Positions 6,977-15,241 of a DNA stretch of 28,328 bases are shown in pieces. The position numbers were made by a program, and so were the translations under genes. The stretch's first letter is position 1. Every line of letters begins with the position of its first letter. Source of the DNA: Candidatus Methanomethylicia archaeon (GTDB lineage Archaea; Thermoproteota; Methanomethylicia; Culexarchaeales; Culexarchaeaceae); NCBI GenBank assembly GCA_038825625.1, contig JAWBOZ010000002.1:1-28328 (forward strand), in the 5' to 3' direction. The notes under the pieces were generated by a model. The model searched no databases. It saw only the letters and a list, made by a program, of their open reading frames with translations, and had not been told where the DNA came from.

Positions 6977-8203
6977 TCACAATCTATTAAATTGTTTATT
7001 TATGTTAATTAATTTCTCTACATGTTTTAATACTTCCTCTCTTATTTCTTTTGGTTTTGGCATATCAAAAACTATTTTACCATTACTTATCATTTTTTGC
7101 AGCATGGGTTTCATATTTCTACTACCACATTTAACGCATTCTGTTACTTTCTCATCTACTGGTAATGCTATATCTGTTAAGCATTCTTGGCATCTCCACA
7201 CTTGTTTTCTGCCACTTGTTTTTCCTCTTTTAGCTAATGGTTTACCTTCAACTTCAACTATATCTAATGCAAAATCTATTGTTTTTGCGCTAGATATTGA
7301 TGTTCCCACACCATATGCATCCACCCCTGCATTATTTAATTCTTTTATACTTTCTTCATCTAAGCCTCCTGAAACCATTATTTTCACATGTTTATATCCT
7401 CTTATATTTAATTCCCATCTAATCTCTCTAACTATTGCTGCCATATCTCCCCTCCTAGAGCTTGGGGTATCTAATCTTACGCCATATAGCTTCTTCCCAA
7501 GAGCTTCTGCGGCCATTATTGCTTCAGCTTTCTCATCATAGAATGTATCTATTAATGCTATTCTAGGTACATTTTCATCAATAATTTCATCAAATCTTTT
7601 CCAAGCCTCCTTTTGATCACCAATTATTATAATTAAAGCGTGAGGCATAGTCCCCACAGGAGATATTTCAATCAATTTTGCTCCCATAACTCCTGAGACT
7701 CCGTCTGCTCCACCTATGTATGCTGCTCTATCTATCATTGGTGAAATTGCCGGATGCATTCTTCTAATACCAAAGGAATATATCGGTTTAAATTCCGCTG
7801 CCACTTTCATATGAGCGGTCGCTGTTGCTATTCCTGAAGCTTGGCAAAGCAATCCAAGTATAGTAGTTTCTAAATGTCCAAAACTTCCATACTCTCCCTC
7901 TATGATCATTACTGGCTCTCTTATACCATTATATGTTGTCGAATAAAATATGCTTCCCTCAGGCATTGCATATAAATTTATTGGATACCCCTCAAGTAGG
8001 TGCAATTCTTCCTCTATTCCACATAAAATTCCCCAATCCCAATTTTTAGGGAGTCTCCCCGTGGTAACTTCTGCTACAACTTTAACTCTTTCTTTTCCTA
8101 TCTTCTTTAGAATTTCCATCGTTCTTTCAAAATATATGTCTACAACCTTTCCACCTTTTATCTCCTCTTCAGAAGCTATATGAAACTTTTTCATACTTCT
8201 CAT
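6977..8203 (-). CDS. pncB: Nicotinate phosphoribosyltransferase
   Basis: DIYFERT, ETTILGLL..ASGIAT, FGIRRMHPAI, GTMPHAL, LIDTFYDEK, GVRLDTPSSRRG, VSGGLDE, GVGTSIS, KRGK, and a C-terminal Cys pair region (CQEC...CVKC). Confidence 0.95.
   Translation of the reverse strand: MRSMKKFHIASEEEIKGGKVVDIYFERTMEILKKIGKERVKVVAEVTTGRLPKNWDWGILCGIEEELHLLEGYPINLYAMPEGSIFYSTTYNGIREPVMIIEGEYGSFGHLETTILGLLCQASGIATATAHMKVAAEFKPIYSFGIRRMHPAISPMIDRAAYIGGADGVSGVMGAKLIEISPVGTMPHALIIIIGDQKEAWKRFDEIIDENVPRIALIDTFYDEKAEAIMAAEALGKKLYGVRLDTPSSRRGDMAAIVREIRWELNIRGYKHVKIMVSGGLDEESIKELNNAGVDAYGVGTSISSAKTIDFALDIVEVEGKPLAKRGKTSGRKQVWRCQECLTDIALPVDEKVTECVKCGSRNMKPMLQKMISNGKIVFDMPKPKEIREEVLKHVEKLININKQFNRL
6986..6992 (-). promoter_or_regulatory. 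Candidate TATA box of tRNA-Pro, inside the 3' end of pncB
   Basis: TTTAATA on the minus strand 22-28 nt upstream of the mature tRNA 5' end, preceded by A-rich AATAAACAA. Confidence 0.45.
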
Positions 8204-8207
8204 CTCA

Positions 8208-9248
8208 TCAAATTTTCCAATATCTTGATAAAATCTTCTTCAATTTCTTTATTAATATTTCCACAAATCTCTTTTCAATAGTATTCATCTTTAATTCCCT
8301 TTCTATGGGATCTCCCTCCCAACTGCACATGGCTTCTAAAGTTCTTATAACTGAGTACGGCATGTATTTCAAATCGTATCCCCCTTCTAACATCGCTATT
8401 ATCTTAGTATTATTATCCACTACATCATTAATGATTGTCTTGGTGAAATTATAGTATGTCTCTGTTGTATATCTAAGATCTGATACATTATCAGACCAAT
8501 GTCCATCATACCCCGCTGAAATCAATATAATCTCCGGTTTAAACTGTTTAATTATTGGAACAGCTACCTCTATGAAGCACTTCTGCGCCATAGAGCCCGT
8601 GGAATTTGGTGGAAGTGGAATATTAATCTTTGTTCCTTCCCCCTCTCTAGCTCCAACTTCATCTATATTTCCACTTCTAGGATACAATGTTCTTCCATCC
8701 TGGTGAATTGAAATGTACATTACATTGGGTTCTTCATAAAAAATCTTTTGAGTACCATCACCATGATGTGAATCCCAATCAAATATACAAACTCTATCAT
8801 ACCCCATTTCTAAAGCCCTTTTAGCTACGATTGCTATATTATTTAATAAGCAAAACCCTTTAGCCCTATCTCTCTCAGCATGATGTCCAGGAGGCCTACA
8901 TAAGACAAATGTTCTTTCCAAATCTTCTTCTAAAGCTTTTAAACCTCCTCCAGCAGCCAATAATGCTGCATAATACGAGTTCTCCGAAACCATAGTATCT
9001 GGAGCTATTCTTCCACCGCCATGAGACGCTAAATTTTTTATCTTGAGAATAAGCTCCTCTGAATGTACCTTCTTAACCTCTTCTTCGGAGGCTAATCTTG
9101 GCTCTACTAATCTAACAATTCCTTCCTTATAAATTCGTGAACTACTTAAAGCATCCCAAATCTTTATAATCCGCAATGGATTTTCCAGATGTCTCTTAAC
9201 TTTATGGCTTAAATAATCCTTCGAATATACGACAGCTACCTCTTCCAC
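8208..9248 (-). CDS. Zn-dependent histone deacetylase family amidohydrolase
   Basis: HLENPLRI, RPPGHHA, GFCLLNN, DWDSHHGDGTQ, SAGYDGH..D, LEGGY: all metal and catalytic motifs present. GTG start. Confidence 0.93.
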   Translation of the reverse strand: MEEVAVVYSKDYLSHKVKRHLENPLRIIKIWDALSSSRIYKEGIVRLVEPRLASEEEVKKVHSEELILKIKNLASHGGGRIAPDTMVSENSYYAALLAAGGGLKALEEDLERTFVLCRPPGHHAERDRAKGFCLLNNIAIVAKRALEMGYDRVCIFDWDSHHGDGTQKIFYEEPNVMYISIHQDGRTLYPRSGNIDEVGAREGEGTKINIPLPPNSTGSMAQKCFIEVAVPIIKQFKPEIILISAGYDGHWSDNVSDLRYTTETYYNFTKTIINDVVDNNTKIIAMLEGGYDLKYMPYSVIRTLEAMCSWEGDPIERELKMNTIEKRFVEILIKKLKKILSRYWKI

Positions 9249-9349
9249 AAATATAACTCAGTAACAAAACTATTTGAAAAATATGTTGATAGCTATTACT
9301 TAAGGTTTGAAATACTATATTATAAATCAATATTTTGGTGAATTATATT

Positions 9350-9580
9350 TTGGGCGATAAAGATATCCTTCTAAAACTATCAAAACTAGAAAGTTATATG
9401 GAAGAGATCAGAATCGATATCGGATACCTAAAAAACATTATAAACAATCTTGTAGACTCTTTAAGCTCAAATAACCTTAGAAACGAAATGCTGCAAAGAG
9501 ATATGATCATTTATGAGGCATTAAATGAAATGAAAATAGCTGTAAACGAGATCTTGAACATATTATATGAAAAAAGGTAA
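9350..9580 (+). CDS. Small helical/coiled-coil hypothetical protein (76 aa)
   Basis: Non-overlapping ORF between the deacetylase gene and the pilin. GGTGA RBS (9337-9341) favours TTG 9350 over the track start 9335. Heptad-like LSKLESYMEEIRIDIGYLKNIINNL. Confidence 0.65.
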   Translation: MGDKDILLKLSKLESYMEEIRIDIGYLKNIINNLVDSLSSNNLRNEMLQRDMIIYEALNEMKIAVNEILNILYEKR

Positions 9581-9604
9581 AAATATAGTTTTATTTATGC
9601 TTGT

Positions 9605-10111
9605 TTAATAGATCACGCTTATCTTAAAATCTGTAATTCCACCATCATAGAATATTGTTCCCCTATATGTATTTCCTAATTTCCATGGGCTTGCAGATAC
9701 ATCTTCCTCAGCATATATTGTTGCTATACAACCTTGTGGTATCAACAAACATCCACTTGAAATTATGACATCTTTTGATGATCCATAAACACTTCCAAAT
9801 AACCCAATACCATTTATTTCTACATTATTATTGCCACTAAATGTTACGTTCACCTTTTGATTTTCCGTATCTATACTCACGCTTTTTATCTTTATTGTTG
9901 TGGTCCCCATATTTCTAATCACTATTTGTATTCTTATATGATTTGTTGATGGGTTTAGTATTATCTTTGAGTCTGATGTATCGATTTTCACTATGTTTAT
10001 TGCCCCACCGAACCATCCCATCATTGTTGATGCATATGCTACTGCCATTCCCAGCGATACTGCTAATAGTATTAATGAGACCATTATTGCACTTATTCCC
10101 TTATTACTCAT
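9605..10111 (-). CDS. Archaeal type IV pilin with a canonical class III signal peptide (candidate major pilin)
   Basis: MSNKG|ISAIMVSLILLAVSLGMAVAY: K-G|I-S cleavage site plus hydrophobic helix, followed by a beta-rich domain (IQIVIRNMGTTTIKIKSVSID). Confidence 0.85.
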   Translation of the reverse strand: MSNKGISAIMVSLILLAVSLGMAVAYASTMMGWFGGAINIVKIDTSDSKIILNPSTNHIRIQIVIRNMGTTTIKIKSVSIDTENQKVNVTFSGNNNVEINGIGLFGSVYGSSKDVIISSGCLLIPQGCIATIYAEEDVSASPWKLGNTYRGTIFYDGGITDFKISVIY

Positions 10112-10134
10112 TTTATCCCTCTAGACTTTTATGG

Positions 10135-10141
10135 TTTATAA
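10135..10141 (-). promoter_or_regulatory. Candidate TATA box giving the pilin gene its own promoter
   Basis: TTATAAA 24-30 nt upstream of ATG 10111, preceded by purine-rich AAAATAAG. Confidence 0.45.
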
Positions 10142-10187
10142 CTTATTTTACCTAGACCCATTTGTGCAGTGACTTTTTATATGTTTT

Positions 10188-10916
10188 TCACAATATTACA
10201 TCAAGTTGTTTTATTGCAAATAATGCTACTGACAGTGGGATACTTACTCCCTCCAACTCTCTTTCATATGTAAATATTGCTTTTTCAAAGCCGTATCCCC
10301 TCATATATGCTATTTTAATGTCTCCTTTATATGTGATCATGATTTCTCTACCCCATCTTCTTTTTATGAATAATCTTTTATCTCCATATATTGCTTCCAT
10401 CGGTCTCATAAACCCCATCCTATATGCTTCAAAAATCTTTTCCTCTCCCCTTTTTATAATGAATCCAGCGATCTTGTAATTTTGGAATATTATTGTATAT
10501 TCTTCCGGATCCTTTATTTGGTATATGGGTTTTAGAATTCCTATTCTCTTAGCTTGTGCTATTAATTTTCTTTCGTCGTTTATAATTTTGTAAATATTTA
10601 TTGGCGGTTCTATATTTTCTAAAGGTTTATGATATGATAGTATTAATGTATTTTTCAATTTATTTTCGTAGTTAATTATTTTTTGCATTTTCTCTATTGA
10701 TATGGAATATTGTTTTGAATTTTTATTGTATTCAATAATATTTTCATGTATGAAGTTTTTCATAATTGCACTTACTCTTCTTAAATCCGTCTTCTTCCCT
10801 AATTTTCTTGCAATATCTTTTGATGTAAATTTATGTATAGTTTTGCTTCTGCTGTTTTCAGCTTCCATTTTAATTATTTTTATTATCTTATATGTTAATT
10901 CTGGATCTGGATTCAA
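10188..10916 (-). CDS. Hypothetical protein: N-terminal winged helix-turn-helix plus C-terminal beta-rich domain resembling the tubby/LURP-one/scramblase fold
   Basis: FTSKDIARKLGKKTDLRRVSAIMKNFIHENIIEYNKNSKQYSI resembles a wHTH. The C-terminal half has repeated short strands (IYKI, IAQAKR, IYQI, FIIK, IFEAYR, LFIKRR, IAYMR) ending in one hydrophobic helix (SIPLSVALFAI). TTG start with GGTGG RBS. The fold call is by eye. Confidence 0.55.
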   Translation of the reverse strand: MNPDPELTYKIIKIIKMEAENSRSKTIHKFTSKDIARKLGKKTDLRRVSAIMKNFIHENIIEYNKNSKQYSISIEKMQKIINYENKLKNTLILSYHKPLENIEPPINIYKIINDERKLIAQAKRIGILKPIYQIKDPEEYTIIFQNYKIAGFIIKRGEEKIFEAYRMGFMRPMEAIYGDKRLFIKRRWGREIMITYKGDIKIAYMRGYGFEKAIFTYERELEGVSIPLSVALFAIKQLDVIL

Positions 10917-11901
10917 CTTTCATTGCCACCATAATATTTCTTAATTCTTTCTCCAATTCACTCTTCTTTTCATTAAGTCTACAAACTTCTTCTTGTAAGT
11001 TTTCTCTTCTTCCTGTTAACATTTTAACCTCCTTCTCCAATCTGTCCTTCTCATTTTTAAGTTCCATTACTCCTTTTTCTAGATCTTTACTTTTCTCTTC
11101 CAGTATTTTTAGGTAGGAAATTCTTAAATTTGTATTCTTAAGTATCTCTTCATATTCCTTAACTTTTTCAATTAATGTATTTGCTATGCTTGATATCATT
11201 CTTTCTCTCTCTTCAATCCCCTTTTCCCTTTTTTGTAATTCTTCTTCATACATTAATAATTCTTCCATTCTCCTTTTAGTTTCCATATCTCTTCTCTCAA
11301 TTTCTTCTATTACACTTTTTATCTCCATCTTTGTTGATGTTATTTGGTCTATTATTCCTTTATATTCTTCTATTAACTTTTTTAAATTTGATGCTGTCTC
11401 AACGGTCTCCTTCTGTACTGATGTTGTGGTGGCTATATTTTTCATTGCATTTATTTCTAAATCTTTTATATTGATTATGTTCTTCATGGTTTCTTGATGT
11501 ATTGCATATACGTTACCTATTTTTTCTGCTATATTATTTATGTTTTTATCAATTGCTTCCTTTAATTGTATCAATGTTTGTGTTGCATTTTCCATCCTTT
11601 TATTTAAATCATCTATTATAGTTATCCTTTTCAAAACTTCTTTTTCAAAATCTCTCTCTGTAATTTTCTCAGTTAATTCTTTAATTTTATCAATTTCATG
11701 AGTTAATTCCTCAAATTTCTTACTTGAAGTTATAATTTTTCCTACAGATTCTTCAATTTCGTTGGGTTGAATCTTTTCCAGCTCTGCTTCTATTTTCATA
11801 ACTCTTGTAGTTGTATCGTTTAATTTGTCGTTTAACATATTTAGTGTTTGCATGATCCATTCCAGTTTTTCCTTTAATTCTTTTGCATTAAATTTGAACA
11901 T
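10888..11901 (-). CDS. Soluble long coiled-coil protein (337 aa)
   Basis: E/K/I/L-rich heptad pattern along the whole length, no TM segment or ATPase motif; GAGAGGA RBS; overlaps the wHTH gene by 29 nt. Confidence 0.8.
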   Translation of the reverse strand: MFKFNAKELKEKLEWIMQTLNMLNDKLNDTTTRVMKIEAELEKIQPNEIEESVGKIITSSKKFEELTHEIDKIKELTEKITERDFEKEVLKRITIIDDLNKRMENATQTLIQLKEAIDKNINNIAEKIGNVYAIHQETMKNIINIKDLEINAMKNIATTTSVQKETVETASNLKKLIEEYKGIIDQITSTKMEIKSVIEEIERRDMETKRRMEELLMYEEELQKREKGIEERERMISSIANTLIEKVKEYEEILKNTNLRISYLKILEEKSKDLEKGVMELKNEKDRLEKEVKMLTGRRENLQEEVCRLNEKKSELEKELRNIMVAMKVESRSRINI

Positions 11902-12006
11902 TCCTCTCTTTCTAGAATTTGAATTTTGATATTAAAATCATATTATGCTTAATTTTTGGTTTTAAATACGATTTTATGTTTTAAAATTTTGGGTTTGTAG
12001 TATATA
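11902..12006. promoter_or_regulatory. Divergent promoter region between the coiled-coil arm and the T4P operon
   Basis: Very AT-rich 105-nt gap. TTTTAAAA (11979-11986) lies 21-28 nt upstream of ATG 12007, which has no RBS and may be leaderless. TTTTAATA on the minus strand lies about 30 nt upstream of ATG 11901. Confidence 0.45.
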
Positions 12007-13563
12007 ATGATTTTACATAGAATCATTAAGAGTCCAAAGATAAATTATGACAACTTTAATCTTATAATATTTAAGCCTAGAATACATAAGGATGCATCCA
12101 TCTTAGCTTCATATAAAATTTGCAACGACCAGGTTCACGTCATTGTAGCTGAACATAATGGTGAAGGCTTATACATGATATCTGAACCTGACCTCATAGA
12201 TATTGAATTAAAAGTTTATAGTGAGCTCTCAAAAATATTGAAATTTGAATTAAACCTTCCATTTATTAGGTCTCATACAGATTTATCCATGCATGTTCGT
12301 AATCAAGTTTTAAGGATAGCCCAGGATTATGGCTTTAAAGACTTATATGAATTAAGTTTAGATCGTATCATATATTATATTTCCAGGGATATTGGTTATG
12401 GGTATATAGATCCTCTAATACGTGATGCAGATATTGAAGATATTAAGTGTGTTGGTCATGATACCCCATTCCTTATTTGGCATAGAAGATTTGGTCATCT
12501 TGATTGGCTTACCACAAATATTATTCTAAATGAATATGAATTAAATTCATTAGCTTCTAAACTTGCTCATATGTGTGGTAAACATGTTTCTATAGCCTTC
12601 CCCATCGTGGATGCCATTTTACCTGATAAGCATAGGCTTTCCATATGTTATGGTAGGGAGATAAGTTCCAAATCAACTAATATTTGTATTAGAAAATTTA
12701 GAGAGAAACCATTTACTATTATGCATTTAATTTATGATTTCTCGACTTTAAGTCCGCTTATGGCATGTTACTTATGGCTTTTAATTGAAAATAAGCGGAA
12801 CATATTCATCATTGGCGGTACTGCCAGTGGTAAAACTACACTTTTATGTGCTTTAGGTGCATTGTTTAAGCCGGGGTGGTCTGTTGACTCCATAGAGGAT
12901 GTTCCTGAAATAAAGATTCCAGTCCATGGCTGGGAACCTCTTGTAGCTAGACATGTTTATTCATTGGATAGTAAACAGTTTGAAATCTCCCTTTTTGATT
13001 TAGTTAAAGTTGCTATGCGTAAACGTCCAGACTATATTGTTGTTGGTGAGATTCGTGGTGAAGAAGCTTATGTATTATTTCAGGCTGCTGCAACTGGGCA
13101 TGGTTGTATGTGCACTATGCATGCTGACTCTTTGGAGTCAGCAATTAAGCGTCTCTCCTCTCCACCAATGAATGTTTCCACAACCTATATTCCACTTATG
13201 AATTGTGCCATTGTATTGAGAAGCATTGATATTGGTAAGAGTATTAGAAGGAGGGTTGTTGGTATTTATGAGATGAAATCCTTCAATGATTATCATGAGA
13301 TTTTCAAATGGGTTCCAGTAAATGATAGTTTTGCACCGTTTTCAATTGATTCAATAGTATCCTCCAGTATTCTTTTGAATAAAATTGCTGAAGAGCGTGG
13401 ATGGTCTTCTAGGGATTTGGTTAATGAGATGAAAGTTAGGGTGGCTTTTCTTGAAGATTTGAATAAACGTGGTGTAAGGGAGTATGATGATTTTGTTTCT
13501 TACCTCAGATTATTCAATTATTCTAGAAGTTCAAAGGTGATTGAAGTTGTCCATGGAACCTAG
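12007..13563 (+). CDS. Type IV pilus / type II secretion assembly ATPase (VirB11/TadA/ArlI superfamily)
   Basis: DPLIRDADIEDI, Walker A GGTASGKTT, Asp box SIEDVPEI, Walker B MRKRPDYIVVGEIRGEEA, His box TGHGCMCTMHA, SPPMNV. Confidence 0.95.
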   Translation: MILHRIIKSPKINYDNFNLIIFKPRIHKDASILASYKICNDQVHVIVAEHNGEGLYMISEPDLIDIELKVYSELSKILKFELNLPFIRSHTDLSMHVRNQVLRIAQDYGFKDLYELSLDRIIYYISRDIGYGYIDPLIRDADIEDIKCVGHDTPFLIWHRRFGHLDWLTTNIILNEYELNSLASKLAHMCGKHVSIAFPIVDAILPDKHRLSICYGREISSKSTNICIRKFREKPFTIMHLIYDFSTLSPLMACYLWLLIENKRNIFIIGGTASGKTTLLCALGALFKPGWSVDSIEDVPEIKIPVHGWEPLVARHVYSLDSKQFEISLFDLVKVAMRKRPDYIVVGEIRGEEAYVLFQAAATGHGCMCTMHADSLESAIKRLSSPPMNVSTTYIPLMNCAIVLRSIDIGKSIRRRVVGIYEMKSFNDYHEIFKWVPVNDSFAPFSIDSIVSSSILLNKIAEERGWSSRDLVNEMKVRVAFLEDLNKRGVREYDDFVSYLRLFNYSRSSKVIEVVHGT

Positions 13564-15241
13564 AAAATTATTTCTTATTCCATTGGGTTTTGCTTATAGA
13601 ATTTTTGGTGGTATGGCCAACAGTTTTTCAAAAAAGTTTGGTTTAAATGATGCTATTCTCCGTTCTGGACTGAGGATTAGCCCACAAGGTTATTGTTCAA
13701 TATTCCTCTTCATAATATCCTTCATAATCTTACCCGTTTCAATAATTTTTTCATGTATAATTTTCCTATGTAATTTATCCTTACTTCTATTTATTGTCCC
13801 AATACTTCTTATCCTTATTAGTATTATATTTCTCTATGTTTTCCCATTGATTAAATCATCTATGCGCAGTAATGGTGTATGGTCCGAGCTTCCCATAATA
13901 TCCACATATTTTAGTATACTGGGTTTATCTCATGTACCAATTTATAGGGGGTTTGAAAAGCTAGTCTCTCAAAACATATTTCCTTGGTTTAAATTTGAAA
14001 GCGAATTATTCTTTATAGATTATATGTTTTTCAGTAGGGATCCATTAGTTTCCATAAAGAATCTGATTTCCAATCATCCTTGTAAAGATTTTAGGGATTA
14101 TCTAGATTCATATGTTAGGTATGTGGAGAGTGGAGGTTATCCCGCGGATTTTCTATTGGATTATAGTTCAAAGTTGAGTGATCGCTTCTCACATGAATTT
14201 AAACGTTTTTCTGAGGATGCTAGTTTATTCGGCGACATAATAATATCATTATTCGTTTTTCTACCTTTAGGTCTAATTAGCATGTTTATAATAATGAATC
14301 CCATAAGTTCATTATCATGGTTGAGATTATATGGTTTTATTCTCTCACCAATTATAACCATCTTAATTTTCGTAGTTGTTGACTCAAATCAATTGAAGTT
14401 TCCATTTAATTTTGGTAGATATAAACGTTTATTCCTCATATCATTCTTAGGCTCTATACTTATTACAACTATTTGTAATATTTTTAGTTTGGATTTTCCA
14501 TCATTATTTACTCTCTCTGTTACTTCATTACTAGCTCCACCATGTTTGCTTTATGAGTTCGACATTAGAAAGGCGAAATTATTGGAATTGAATTTACCGA
14601 AATTTGTTAGAGATATTTCTGAATCAATAAAGGTGGGTTTAAGTATTGAGGATGCTATGGTTCTCATGGAAAAGAATTCATATGGTTCCACTTTAAATGG
14701 AATTATTAGGAAAATTAATCGTTCTCTCTCTTTTTCTTTAACTAGTGTTAGTGAAATATTTAATGAAATAATTTCTGGGATAAATTCATGGTTTGCAAAA
14801 GCAACATTTTGGCTTATTGGTGAAGCCATATCTACGGGTGGTGGACGTTCTGAAGTTTTTTCACATCTTTCTAAGTTTTGTGAAGATTATTATTACTTTA
14901 AACATAAAGTTGAGAGTGAACTTAGAATATATACTTTGATAGGTTATTCTTCTTCAATAATGTTACTTTTCGTAGTTTCTCAACTCATCAAATTCTTAAA
15001 CATTTCATTATTTGGCTGGTCTGTACCATTCAATATCGTCCCAAACATAACTTCATTTGATAAAGAGTTGAGCTCAATTTTGGTAGATACAATTTATTCT
15101 GTGATTACTTTCTTATCCTTTTTGATCGGTATTTTGGTGGGTAAAGTGTCTGGTGGGACCATTTTCAGCGGGTTTAAACATGCACTAATTTGCTGTTATA
15201 TATGCATTTTAGGCATTTATGGGGTGTCTTCCTTATGGTGA
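13541..15241 (+). CDS. Type IV pilus membrane platform protein (TadC/ArlJ-like, two T2SSF domains)
   Basis: Many TM segments flanking two cytoplasmic domains (ELPIISTYFSILGLS; NLPKFVRDISESIKVGLSIEDAM; EAISTGGG). Directly downstream of and overlapping the ATPase. ATG 13553 is an alternative start. Confidence 0.9.
   Translation: MKLSMEPRKLFLIPLGFAYRIFGGMANSFSKKFGLNDAILRSGLRISPQGYCSIFLFIISFIILPVSIIFSCIIFLCNLSLLLFIVPILLILISIIFLYVFPLIKSSMRSNGVWSELPIISTYFSILGLSHVPIYRGFEKLVSQNIFPWFKFESELFFIDYMFFSRDPLVSIKNLISNHPCKDFRDYLDSYVRYVESGGYPADFLLDYSSKLSDRFSHEFKRFSEDASLFGDIIISLFVFLPLGLISMFIIMNPISSLSWLRLYGFILSPIITILIFVVVDSNQLKFPFNFGRYKRLFLISFLGSILITTICNIFSLDFPSLFTLSVTSLLAPPCLLYEFDIRKAKLLELNLPKFVRDISESIKVGLSIEDAMVLMEKNSYGSTLNGIIRKINRSLSFSLTSVSEIFNEIISGINSWFAKATFWLIGEAISTGGGRSEVFSHLSKFCEDYYYFKHKVESELRIYTLIGYSSSIMLLFVVSQLIKFLNISLFGWSVPFNIVPNITSFDKELSSILVDTIYSVITFLSFLIGILVGKVSGGTIFSGFKHALICCYICILGIYGVSSLW

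Noticed and set aside
9605-15241. Archaellum (arl/fla) operon
   Set aside because: No ArlH RecA-like ATPase or ArlF/ArlG-like genes are present, and the arrangement with many minor pilins and a large secreted protein fits an adhesive-type pilus better.
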